From assembly GCA_036771135.1 (NCBI GenBank), contig DAIPHW010000006.1:1-37684 (forward strand): a DNA stretch of 37,684 nt, read 5' to 3'. This stretch comes from Fibrobacterota bacterium (GTDB lineage Bacteria > Fibrobacterota > Fibrobacteria > UBA5070). The position numbers were made by a program, and so were the translations under genes. This document shows positions 16,007-24,079 of the stretch, one piece after another (the first letter of the stretch is position 1; each line of letters starts with the position of its first letter). Under the pieces are notes generated by a model. That model had not been told where the DNA came from. It worked only from the letters and a program-made list of their open reading frames with translations, and ran no database searches.

Positions 16007-16630
16007 GTGAATCCGTGGAGAAAAGCTCTAGCGCTTTTCTTGGGACTCGCCACATTTGCGGTCGGGCGTTCCGTGCTGCGCGCTGGCCTCGTCGACGTGC
16101 AGCTCGAAAGCGGGTCGCAGTCGCGCATGGACCCCGGCTGGGCACCTTTGGACGAATCTCGCATGGGCGAATGCGACGCCGTCAAGGACTGCTGGGAAGA
16201 GCACGAGACCTGGACGCCAGGCAGGACCTGGGTTCTGGGAGCCGGCGTATTCATAAATGACAATTTCCGTCTCGGCATCCGCTGGGCCACCGTGACGGCC
16301 CACGGAGCTACCCCGGCGCCATTTGACTCCTCGGTGATCTCTCTGGAGGTCGCCGGCTTCTCGCAGCCCCGCGGACCGCTCTCGGCAAGCTTCGCGCTGC
16401 GCGCCGGCATGGCTCCCGGATTTCCCAATCGCGACCCACCAAAATTCTATCCGCCCTTTGGCTTTCCCCTGCCCGCCCGCGTGTATGGAGTCGCCGTGGG
16501 AGCGCGCTGGATTGCCTCTCCCCATGTGGCCGTCGACGCCGATCTGGCTTCTGTCGAACTATGGGCATGCAACAGCATCAACATTTGGCACTTTTCCTGG
16601 CTCACGCCCAGGGTATCAGTTCTCTTCTGA
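16007..16630 (+). CDS. Hypothetical exported protein, possibly a small outer-membrane beta-barrel
   Basis: The signal-like N-terminus is MNPWRKALALFLGLATFAVG. The body has alternating hydrophobic patterns. The C-terminus ...TPRVSVLF ends in Phe, as is typical of OMPs. No family was recognised. Confidence 0.5.
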   Translation: MNPWRKALALFLGLATFAVGRSVLRAGLVDVQLESGSQSRMDPGWAPLDESRMGECDAVKDCWEEHETWTPGRTWVLGAGVFINDNFRLGIRWATVTAHGATPAPFDSSVISLEVAGFSQPRGPLSASFALRAGMAPGFPNRDPPKFYPPFGFPLPARVYGVAVGARWIASPHVAVDADLASVELWACNSINIWHFSWLTPRVSVLF

Positions 16631-16640
16631 AGGAGTTGTC

Positions 16641-17045
16641 ATGAGGTTGCTGCTTCCGTTCGTCCTAACCGTCGTCGTCGCCGCCGAGGCCGGACGCGAA
16701 GCGATCTACACAGCCACCAAGGGCGAGGTTTCACAGACGCTGGTAATGAAGCGAGTCACCTCCACCCAGGTGGAATTCAAGCTCCAAAGCAGCAATTCCA
16801 AGGGCACCTGCAAGGACGAGCTCTCCGGAGAAGCGACCCAGAATCCACTTTCCCATCCCGGTGCCAAATCCACTCCGGGAGAGTTTGCGGCCGAAGAGTA
16901 TGTCTACAAGAAGGGCAAGTGCCAGGTCACCTTCCGCGTGGACATGGAATCGGCCACCATGGTCAAGGTGCTCTCCGCCTGCCCTGAGCACAAGAAGCCT
17001 AAGTGCCCTTTGGAGATCCCCGCCGTACTGCATCTAAAGCACTGA
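16641..17045 (+). CDS. Hypothetical small secreted protein with four Cys
   Basis: ATG 16641 is preceded by AGGAG (16631-16635). The signal peptide is MRLLLPFVLTVVVAAEA. The mature part is Lys-rich and has 4 Cys (CKDE, KGKCQV, SACPEHKKPKCP). No family was recognised. Confidence 0.5.
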   Translation: MRLLLPFVLTVVVAAEAGREAIYTATKGEVSQTLVMKRVTSTQVEFKLQSSNSKGTCKDELSGEATQNPLSHPGAKSTPGEFAAEEYVYKKGKCQVTFRVDMESATMVKVLSACPEHKKPKCPLEIPAVLHLKH

Positions 17046-17100
17046 GATTTCGCAGTTATGCCGATCATACCGCCTCGACGTAGCCGCCCCCCGAGCCGCG

Positions 17101-18684
17101 CTAGAAGTTCGCGATGGCCTGCAACTGCACCGGCCCGAAGCGGCTCATGCTTGATGGAAGATCGGGGTGGGCAGGATCTGCCATGACGCTCGCGATGTAG
17201 TAGGACATGCTTCCCTGCAGCAGAAAATTGTCCGTGTGAATCCCCAACCCGAGCGAATAGCCCCACAGGTCCCGCAGGGAATAAGCGCTGGTTCCCACCG
17301 TGGCGTGATAGAAGTCGGCGTCCGTAAGGCTTCCCGTCACGAAGATTCCATCACTCACGCCGTAGAGGAGCGTGGCACGAAACGGCGCGCGATCCTCTCC
17401 CGGATGCGTCCACCCCCGATGGGATGCGTCCCAAGGAGCGGCATAGCTTGCCAGCACGTTTCCTTCAAGCTGCTGTGAGGTGACCCAGAAATCCTTCTCC
17501 GAACCAGGCAGCCGGATCGTGGTCAGCAACCGCCCTTCGCCCTGCTTGGGAAGGATGCCCAATTGGTATTCCAACGGTGAGACTTGCCCCGGCCCCTTGC
17601 TGCGCACCGGCACGGTGGAAAGGCATCCCGTCAGGTAGAAGGTGCTTTTCGCGCCACCCACGAAGCTGACATCGTAATCCAGCCCGATGGTAAAGTCTTC
17701 CAGCGCACCGTAGCGAGCCGAGCCGTGCAGAATCCACTGGTCTGCTGCGCCCTCCTGCGAAATGCGATAGAGACTGTCCTCAAGGTCGTACTGACTCACC
17801 TGCAGTTGCCGATCAAAGAAGCCGTTCCAATTTCCAGCAACCTCGCCGGCCGCCGGTGCATGGCCACCTCCGAGAAAGCCGAGGTAACCGATGGCAGTCC
17901 AGGTCTCGGGCTTGCCAATGCGGGTGAAGGTCGGATAGGGGTGGATCGAAGCGTCTTGATGGATGGCCAAAGCCCCCATGCGCACCTCAGTATGAACCCA
18001 ATCGAAACCCAAAGACAAATTCTGTTGCGAAGATCCGGCGCTACCGGCAGGGCCGACCAGCGTATCAGAAAATCCGACCCAGCCTTGCAGGTAGGAAGAG
18101 AAGCCGTAACCCAGGCTTATTCCGTAGCCATGCACCTCCAAGGTGTCCTGGTAAACAGTATGCCAATACCCCTGAAAGCTTCCCTGATCGCCTTTGAGCA
18201 GCGGTCCGTAGTAGTAGGCAAGCGAGGCGGTGCGATCATCCAAGAAGATCTTTCCCCCTTGCCCCATGTAGTGGAGGTAGAAGTCGTTGTAGATCACCTG
18301 GGGATTGCCGCTGTCGAACCCGGCGCTGGACAGACCATCCTTCTTGGCATACCACATGTTGCCACTCCCCACATTAAGGTCGAACAAACAGCCTTCCGTG
18401 GGATGGATGGCAAGCCGCAAGCCGGGAAAGCCGTAGGTGTAGGCGTTGCTGTCGTCCACCGAGCGGGAATTATAGCGCACGGGAAGTTCCAGACTCCAGC
18501 TGCCCGGATGCCCGACCCGCAGACGCGCCACGGAACTGTCCGTATAGATCCCCTGCTGCGTGTTGAGCTTGGTGTCCAGCCGCACAAAGGGCGCCGTGAT
18601 GTAGCCCAGGGTATAGGAATCATCCAACGTTTGCGCCGAAACGAGGGCAACGGTAGCCAGTATGATGAAACAGAACGTCTTCAA
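17101..18684 (-). CDS. Hypothetical outer-membrane beta-barrel protein (porin-like)
   Basis: The signal peptide is MKTFCFIILATVALVSAQ. The sequence is Gly/Tyr/Ser-rich with alternating patterns throughout. The C-terminus ...VQLQAIANF ends in an aromatic residue, matching the OMP beta-signal. Confidence 0.7.
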   Translation of the reverse strand: MKTFCFIILATVALVSAQTLDDSYTLGYITAPFVRLDTKLNTQQGIYTDSSVARLRVGHPGSWSLELPVRYNSRSVDDSNAYTYGFPGLRLAIHPTEGCLFDLNVGSGNMWYAKKDGLSSAGFDSGNPQVIYNDFYLHYMGQGGKIFLDDRTASLAYYYGPLLKGDQGSFQGYWHTVYQDTLEVHGYGISLGYGFSSYLQGWVGFSDTLVGPAGSAGSSQQNLSLGFDWVHTEVRMGALAIHQDASIHPYPTFTRIGKPETWTAIGYLGFLGGGHAPAAGEVAGNWNGFFDRQLQVSQYDLEDSLYRISQEGAADQWILHGSARYGALEDFTIGLDYDVSFVGGAKSTFYLTGCLSTVPVRSKGPGQVSPLEYQLGILPKQGEGRLLTTIRLPGSEKDFWVTSQQLEGNVLASYAAPWDASHRGWTHPGEDRAPFRATLLYGVSDGIFVTGSLTDADFYHATVGTSAYSLRDLWGYSLGLGIHTDNFLLQGSMSYYIASVMADPAHPDLPSSMSRFGPVQLQAIANF

Positions 18685-18844
18685 GAGTTCACTCCAATGG
18701 CCCCCAAAAGGAGCGGAACGGGCGATGACACCCGCAAAGGGTACGCATCTGCATGGCCCTCGGGCAAGGAATTTCCGCCCCTGCAGGCCTGCGCTTGGCG
18801 GCGCACTGGCCCCCGAGGCTTCATTCGGTTAGATTTGGCAATCT

Positions 18845-19858
18845 ATGATGGAATTTGCCAGAGGTTGCAAAGACGAAACCGCCAGTCAGGCGGAGTCCCA
18901 TGAGCGCATTTCTCGCGAGGAGATTCGCGCCCTGTATGAATTGCCGCTGCCCGAGCTTTTGTTCCGGGCCCAAGCTGCGCACCGCCAGCATTGGGATCCG
19001 CTGGAAGTACAGGTCTCCACCTTGGTCTCGATCAAGACCGGCGCCTGCCCCGAGGACTGCTCCTACTGCACCCAAAGCGCCAAGTACGAGACCGACACCG
19101 CCTACGAACCGATGATGGACGTGGCTGAGGTGCTGGAAAAGGCGCGCGCCGCCCGCGATGCCGGATCCACCCGCCTGTGCATGGGCGCTTCGGGCCGCGA
19201 AGTGAAGGACGGCCCCCAGTTCGACGCCGTACTAGAGATGGTGCGCGGTGTAAAGGCCCTGGGCCTGGAGACCTGCGTCACCCTAGGCATGCTCAAGGAA
19301 GAGCAGGCAAGCCGCCTCAAAGAGGCCGGCCTCGACTACTACAACCACAATTTGGACACCTCGCCCGAATACTACGCCAACATCATCTCCACTCGCACCT
19401 ACCAGGATCGCCTAAATACGCTGGAAGCCGTTCAGCGCTCAGGCGTGAAGGTGTGCTCGGGAGGCATCCTCGGCATGGGCGAGACGCGCGAGGACCGCGT
19501 GGGCCTGCTCCATTCGCTGGCCAACCTCACCGTGGCTCCCGATTCGGTGTCCATCAATCGCCTAATGCGCATGCCAGGCACCCCGCTTGCCGACGTCGCT
19601 CCGCTCGATGACCTCGAGTTCGTGCGCACCATCGCCGTGGCACGCCTCGTGATGCCCAAGTCGCGAGTGCGCGTATCGGCTGGGCGCGTCGACATGAGCC
19701 CGGCAGTGCAACTGCTCTGCTTCCTGGGCGGCGCCAACTCGATCTTCGCCGGCGAGAAGCTGCTCACGGCAGCCAATCCCGACACGGACATCGACATGGC
19801 CCTGCTCGCCTCCCTGGGGATGAAGGTGGAAGTGCGCCCCTACGAGCCGGAGCACTGA
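18845..19858 (+). CDS. bioB: Biotin synthase
   Basis: The radical-SAM motif [11 protein letters not shown] sits in the context [30 protein letters not shown] and [10 protein letters not shown] are BioB signatures. Confidence 0.95.
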   Translation: MMEFARGCKDETASQAESHERISREEIRALYELPLPELLFRAQAAHRQHWDPLEVQVSTLVSIKTGACPEDCSYCTQSAKYETDTAYEPMMDVAEVLEKARAARDAGSTRLCMGASGREVKDGPQFDAVLEMVRGVKALGLETCVTLGMLKEEQASRLKEAGLDYYNHNLDTSPEYYANIISTRTYQDRLNTLEAVQRSGVKVCSGGILGMGETREDRVGLLHSLANLTVAPDSVSINRLMRMPGTPLADVAPLDDLEFVRTIAVARLVMPKSRVRVSAGRVDMSPAVQLLCFLGGANSIFAGEKLLTAANPDTDIDMALLASLGMKVEVRPYEPEH

Positions 19859-19906
19859 CCATCCGCTTGGTCGCAGCCTCCTTCCCCTTTCAGCGGAGCT
19901 GATCCG

Positions 19907-21058
19907 ATGGTCGTCTGCGACATCAACATCTTCCTGTCCCCCAAAGGGGGAGGCATCAAGACCTACCATGTGCGCAAGGCCCAGTGGTACGCTGAGGCGC
20001 GTCCCGACGACCGCTACGTGACCATCCAGCCGGCCCGCGGCATGGGGGTCAAGATGGGAGCGGCGTCCAACATCCTGCACCTGAAACTTCCGGGGAGCAA
20101 GGCCGGCGGCAACTACCGCTTCTTTCTCTCCTACAAGAACGTGCGCAATACCGTGAAGGCCCTTGCTGTGGACGTGCTGGAGGCGGGCGATCCGTACCTG
20201 ACGGCGCGCTTCGGCACCAAGGCTCCAGCCAAGATCAAGACCAGTTTCTGGCATTCCGACCCCGAGACGGCCTACTTCAACCTGTGGGCCCGCCAGCAGG
20301 GCGCAGCTTCGTGGCGGCGAGTGGCGGCAAAGCTTGCGGCGACCTGGGTGAACCGCCAGCAGAAGGGCTTTGACCTGGTGTGGTGCGCCTCGGACTGGGC
20401 TGCAGAGCATCTGCGCCGGCGCGGCGTGGCCAATGTGGAAGTGCTTCCCTTCGGTACCGACAAGGGGACCTTCCGGCCCGAAGTGCGCGACCGGGAATGG
20501 CTGCGCTGCTTCGATCTCGACCCCGAGCGGCCGGTGATCCTCTACGCCGGGCGACTCGACCGCGAGAAGGGCATTGCCACCTTGATCGACGCCGTAGACG
20601 GCCTGCTGGCACTGCCCCAAAGGCCCCAAGTGGTGGTGAGCGGACGCGGCTACTACTCCGAGCACTTCGAGTCGCTGGAGCGCCCCGGCTACCGCTACAT
20701 CGGCTACCTGAACCAGCGCGAAGACATGGCGCGGCTGTACGCCTCCTGCGACCTCTTGGTGGCCACCTGCTCGGTGGAGACCTTTGGCCTCGCCATCCTG
20801 GAGGCCCTCACCAGCGGGCTTCCGGCGCTTTCGGCCGACGACGGAGGCGGCGCCGAGATCGTTCGCAAGAGCGGCGCCGGCGCCCTGTTCAAGGCCGGAG
20901 ACGCCGACGACCTGGTGCGCCAGGCGGGACAATTCCTGTCGCATGCCGCCGGATTCCGGGACCGCGCCTCCGCTTTCGGCGCCAAGTGGCCGAGCTGGGA
21001 CGACTTCTTTGCCGGCCAGTACAACCGCACCGCGGAGCTTCTGCATGAGCGCTCCTGA
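19907..21058 (+). CDS. GT4-family (GT-B fold) glycosyltransferase
   Basis: ILYAGRLDREKGIATLIDAV...LVATCSVETFGLAILEALTSGLPALSADDGGGAEIV carries the E-x7-E type retaining GT4 C-terminal motif. Confidence 0.85.
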   Translation: MVVCDINIFLSPKGGGIKTYHVRKAQWYAEARPDDRYVTIQPARGMGVKMGAASNILHLKLPGSKAGGNYRFFLSYKNVRNTVKALAVDVLEAGDPYLTARFGTKAPAKIKTSFWHSDPETAYFNLWARQQGAASWRRVAAKLAATWVNRQQKGFDLVWCASDWAAEHLRRRGVANVEVLPFGTDKGTFRPEVRDREWLRCFDLDPERPVILYAGRLDREKGIATLIDAVDGLLALPQRPQVVVSGRGYYSEHFESLERPGYRYIGYLNQREDMARLYASCDLLVATCSVETFGLAILEALTSGLPALSADDGGGAEIVRKSGAGALFKAGDADDLVRQAGQFLSHAAGFRDRASAFGAKWPSWDDFFAGQYNRTAELLHERS

Positions 21059-21794
21059 CTTTCTGCTGGCGCTGCACGACGTCTCGCCCCGCCACGCCGG
21101 GGCCTGCCGACAGATTCTGTCTTTTCTGAAGGGGCGAAGCCTGCCGCCGGCGGCGCTCCTGGTGGTGCCGAACTTCCACGGCAAATGGCCCTTGGAAGAC
21201 CATCCCGAGTTCCTGACCGAACTTTCCAGCTGGGCCACAGAGGGCCACGAACTGGCGTTGCACGGCCTGGTCCACATCGAGGAGCGCCCGGTCGGAGGCG
21301 GATTCTCTGCCGCCTTTCAGCGGCGTTTTCTTACCGGTGGCGAAGGCGAATTCCTGGCCCTTTCAGCGTCCGAGATTCGTTCCCGCCTAGAGACAGGCCT
21401 TGTCGCCTGGGAGCGCACCGGACTCCCCCGCCCTCGCGGCTTCGTGCCGCCCGCCTGGCTCTACAACGAGCACCTGGACCCCGAACTCGCCCGGCTCGGC
21501 TTTGCCTGGACCGAAAGCCACACCGACCTGCGCGTTCCTGGCGGCATGGCGCTCGCGAGCCCGGTGATATCTTGGGCCTCGCGCGATCCGCTGCGGCGGA
21601 TCGGTTCGCAAGTGGTCTGCCCAAGCCTAGCGCGCCTCTGGAAGGGGCGCGCGCGGCTGCGCATCGCCATCCACCCTCACGACTTCGACTGGCCGGTGCT
21701 GGTGCGTTCCATCACCTCGGTGCTCACCTACCTAGAAGGGCGTGGGCGCTTTGGAACCTATTCCGAAGTCACCCAAGCAAGCGATTTGCCTTAA
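21045..21794 (+). CDS. DUF2334-type polysaccharide-deacetylase-like protein
   Basis: MSAPDFLLALHDVSPRHAGACRQILSFL...LLVVPNFHGKW...ELALHGLVH matches the DUF2334 N-terminal pattern (HDVSP ... LVVP ... HG..H). ATG 21045 overlaps the GT4 gene by 14 nt. Confidence 0.75.
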   Translation: MSAPDFLLALHDVSPRHAGACRQILSFLKGRSLPPAALLVVPNFHGKWPLEDHPEFLTELSSWATEGHELALHGLVHIEERPVGGGFSAAFQRRFLTGGEGEFLALSASEIRSRLETGLVAWERTGLPRPRGFVPPAWLYNEHLDPELARLGFAWTESHTDLRVPGGMALASPVISWASRDPLRRIGSQVVCPSLARLWKGRARLRIAIHPHDFDWPVLVRSITSVLTYLEGRGRFGTYSEVTQASDLP

Positions 21795-21892
21795 AGCATC
21801 AACAGATGCGCATTAAATAGCCCCTGCAATCGTTCCGATCTGGCGCAAATGCCATCGAAACGAACCTATGGCAGGAAATAATCGTCAGTTCA

Positions 21893-21934
21893 TAAAAACA
21901 AAAAGCCCGTGCAGATTGCACAGGCTTTGGTTTT
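21893..21934. terminator. Bidirectional intrinsic terminator between convergent genes
   Basis: GCCCGTGCA (21905-21913) pairs with TGCACAGGC (21917-21925): 9 bp with one mismatch and a 3-nt loop. It is flanked by AAAAACAAAAA upstream and TTTGGTTTT downstream, so either strand reads a hairpin followed by a U-tract. Confidence 0.65.
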
Positions 21935-21945
21935 GCCTTTAAAAT

Positions 21946-22323
21946 TCAAGCAAGCTTGTATTTGGTGCCGCGAGCCTTGCCTTCGCGCGAAAGCTTGCCT
22001 TCCTGAGAGAGTGCCGTCAGCGTTTCACGCAAGCTGGCCCCTTCAAAGCCGACCAAAGCTGCGATATCTCCGGAAGCAAGGAAATCCTTGCCATCCAAAG
22101 CGGTCAGCACGCGCTCGGCTCTTTCACCGGCAGAAATGCGACTCTTGGGAGCCGATTCCTTGCGCACGGCAGAGGTGCCTTCATAGTCGGCCAACTTGGC
22201 TTCAAGCTCGCGAACGGCTTTGCGAGCCTCGTCCAACTGCTTGCGAACGCTATCGACCTCGGAAGCCTTGCGGCGAAGGATTTCCTGCTGAAGTTCTTCT
22301 AGGGTAAGATTTTCCAAAGACAT
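21946..22323 (-). CDS. Small coiled-coil protein with a winged-helix-like C-terminal domain (H-NS-like architecture, family unknown)
   Basis: ATG 22323 gives MSLENLTLEELQQEILRRKASEVDSVRKQLDEARKAVRELEAKLADYEG (heptad-like). A basic linker follows, then ERVLTALDGKDFLASGDIAALVGFEGASLRETLTALSQEGKLSREGKARGTKYKL, which is wHTH-like. The gene lies in an AT-rich island. Confidence 0.6.
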   Translation of the reverse strand: MSLENLTLEELQQEILRRKASEVDSVRKQLDEARKAVRELEAKLADYEGTSAVRKESAPKSRISAGERAERVLTALDGKDFLASGDIAALVGFEGASLRETLTALSQEGKLSREGKARGTKYKLA

Positions 22324-22529
22324 GATTTCTCTATTCTGTTTTGCAAAAAGCAAGTTTATTGATTCCGTTTCGGAAGCAAATACAAATATGCGGAATCATT
22401 TCTCATTTGCAATAGAATAATCCACTAGAATCCAAGAGTTTCAATAAAAACAGCAAAATTTTACATTCCAATTCTTCATTTTCCTCGACTCTAGCGCATT
22501 TCTCGCTGAGTCGAAGTCTCGCGCCAACC

Positions 22530-24032
22530 TCAGGGCTTGAAGAAAGTTCCGCCTTCCACGGCCTTGATGCCAGACTTCACCCGGAGGAAGTAGAGTCCGC
22601 GGGGTAGCGAGGAAAGCTCCTTCCATTCAAAGGAACCGGAATTTTCCGAGATTGCAACGCTCCGTCGCGACTTCAGCGCACCATTGGTCGAGTACAGGCT
22701 GAAATCGACAGATCCTGGAGCGTAATTCGAATATTCTACCACGTACGAGCCGTTGCGGGAAAGAATGGACTGGCGAGACGCCGACAGAACCCGTTCGTTC
22801 CCTTGAATGCCCGTGGTCACGCCGTTGTCCTTGTCAAACGCCACCCCGTCGAAGGGAATCACGATCACCTTGCTGCCGTGATCCGAGCCCGCCGGGATCT
22901 GGTTGTCCTTGTTCACGTCGGCCACCGCAAAGGTCACATGCGTGATGATGCCGTTCTGCACGAGGACGGAAGGGCGTTCCATTTTGTACCAGTGGTTCAC
23001 CGTGCCGTCCGTATAGCTGAAGATCTTCTGCGCGGCGCGCGGATCGTAGGCGAGTCCCCGGTCGGTCCAGTTGTGGATGCCGTCGACCGAAGTCAGGTGG
23101 TACCCGACGCGATCGCCCGGATAGTCGTAGAGGACGTGGTAGAGTCCGCTGCTGTACCAGATGACCGGATCTTCGGCGACGGAATAGGTGCCTTCGACCC
23201 TCGATGGACCGAGCGGATCGAGATGCTTCTGCCTGTTGGGGAAGATGCTCGCGCTGCTGGCTGCGGGGACAGCATCCGACGACGCGTAGGTGTTGGTGGG
23301 CTGCTGCGCCTTGTAAGGGCCACATACGCCAGTGGTGCTCAGAGCGATGAGCCCATGACGCTGGATGGACTCAAAATTGCCGTCCGGACGCGCCACGATG
23401 CTGACATTGGAGCCATAGCTGTTGTTGCCGCCAAACCCGTTGGAGGGAACGCTCAAGCCGGGGCCGGGCGAGCCGGAGCAGGGTTTCCACGGGCCGTCGA
23501 CCGAAGCCGAGGTGAAGATCGTCCAGGGCACAACCTCGCTGACGACCATAGCGTAGGTGCCGTCCAGCAGGGTGATCACCTGGAGGTTGTGGCCGTGGTG
23601 CGGATCGCTCCCGAAGCCGGAGTTGCTGTAGGCGTACCCCTTGTCGACGTAGGGGCCCAGCGGGTTCGTGCCGCCCACGGCGTGGATGGGGTCGGAACTC
23701 AGCCAACCGGGATTGAATCCGCTGGAGCCGGGCCAGCGGGTCGCGAACATGTGGTAGGTCCCGTTCGCCCGCACGATGTTGCCGTCCCAGTAATAGTTGG
23801 ACGGCGCATTCTTGGGACTTTCGATTCCGTTGCTCGTATCCCGAGGAACGACCCCTACGCCTTGAGTGCAATTGGCCGGCGTAGTCCCCGAGGCCGTACA
23901 GCCCCACGCATTGGTGGTGAGAGGGCTGGTGATAGGAATGGGCAGGAAGTAATCAATGAACGTCTTGGCGGACGCAGGCATCGCCACTGGAAGCAATGCC
24001 ACAAATGCAGCGAGGCCGATGTGCCGTGACAT
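22530..24032 (-). CDS. Secreted beta-propeller glycoside-hydrolase-like protein (GH43-like) with a T9SS-type C-terminal domain
   Basis: ATG 24032 is preceded by AAGGAAGG. The signal peptide is MSRHIGLAAFVALLPVAMPASA. NYYWDGNIVRANGTYHMFATRW...DPIHAVGGTNPLGPYVDKG...YAMVVSE...DPVIWYSSGLYHVLYDY...ERPSVLVQNGIITHVTF resembles repeated propeller blades of the GH43/GH-F type. The tail is VDFSLYSTNGALKS...LPRGLYFLRVKSGIKAVEGGTFFKP. The family assignment is tentative. Confidence 0.65.
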   Translation of the reverse strand: MSRHIGLAAFVALLPVAMPASAKTFIDYFLPIPITSPLTTNAWGCTASGTTPANCTQGVGVVPRDTSNGIESPKNAPSNYYWDGNIVRANGTYHMFATRWPGSSGFNPGWLSSDPIHAVGGTNPLGPYVDKGYAYSNSGFGSDPHHGHNLQVITLLDGTYAMVVSEVVPWTIFTSASVDGPWKPCSGSPGPGLSVPSNGFGGNNSYGSNVSIVARPDGNFESIQRHGLIALSTTGVCGPYKAQQPTNTYASSDAVPAASSASIFPNRQKHLDPLGPSRVEGTYSVAEDPVIWYSSGLYHVLYDYPGDRVGYHLTSVDGIHNWTDRGLAYDPRAAQKIFSYTDGTVNHWYKMERPSVLVQNGIITHVTFAVADVNKDNQIPAGSDHGSKVIVIPFDGVAFDKDNGVTTGIQGNERVLSASRQSILSRNGSYVVEYSNYAPGSVDFSLYSTNGALKSRRSVAISENSGSFEWKELSSLPRGLYFLRVKSGIKAVEGGTFFKP

Positions 24033-24079
24033 GCTACAGCCTTCCTTTGAGAGTGGTGGAAGATTCAAAGTGAAGCGCA

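Noticed and set aside
18826-18870. Inverted repeat TGGCAA-N13-TTGCCA spanning the bioB start codon, considered as a possible biotin-repressor operator.
   Set aside because: The arms are only 6 bp and do not resemble the known BirA, BioQ or BioR operators that I can recall. The repeat also overlaps the coding start. The evidence is insufficient.
22486-22513. Hairpin CGACTCTAGCG / CGCTGAGTCG just downstream of the GH43-like stop, considered as the terminator of the GH35/GH43-like operon.
   Set aside because: On the transcribed (minus) strand the stem is followed by AGGAAAATGAAG, not a U-tract. It may still assist termination, but it is not a supported intrinsic terminator.
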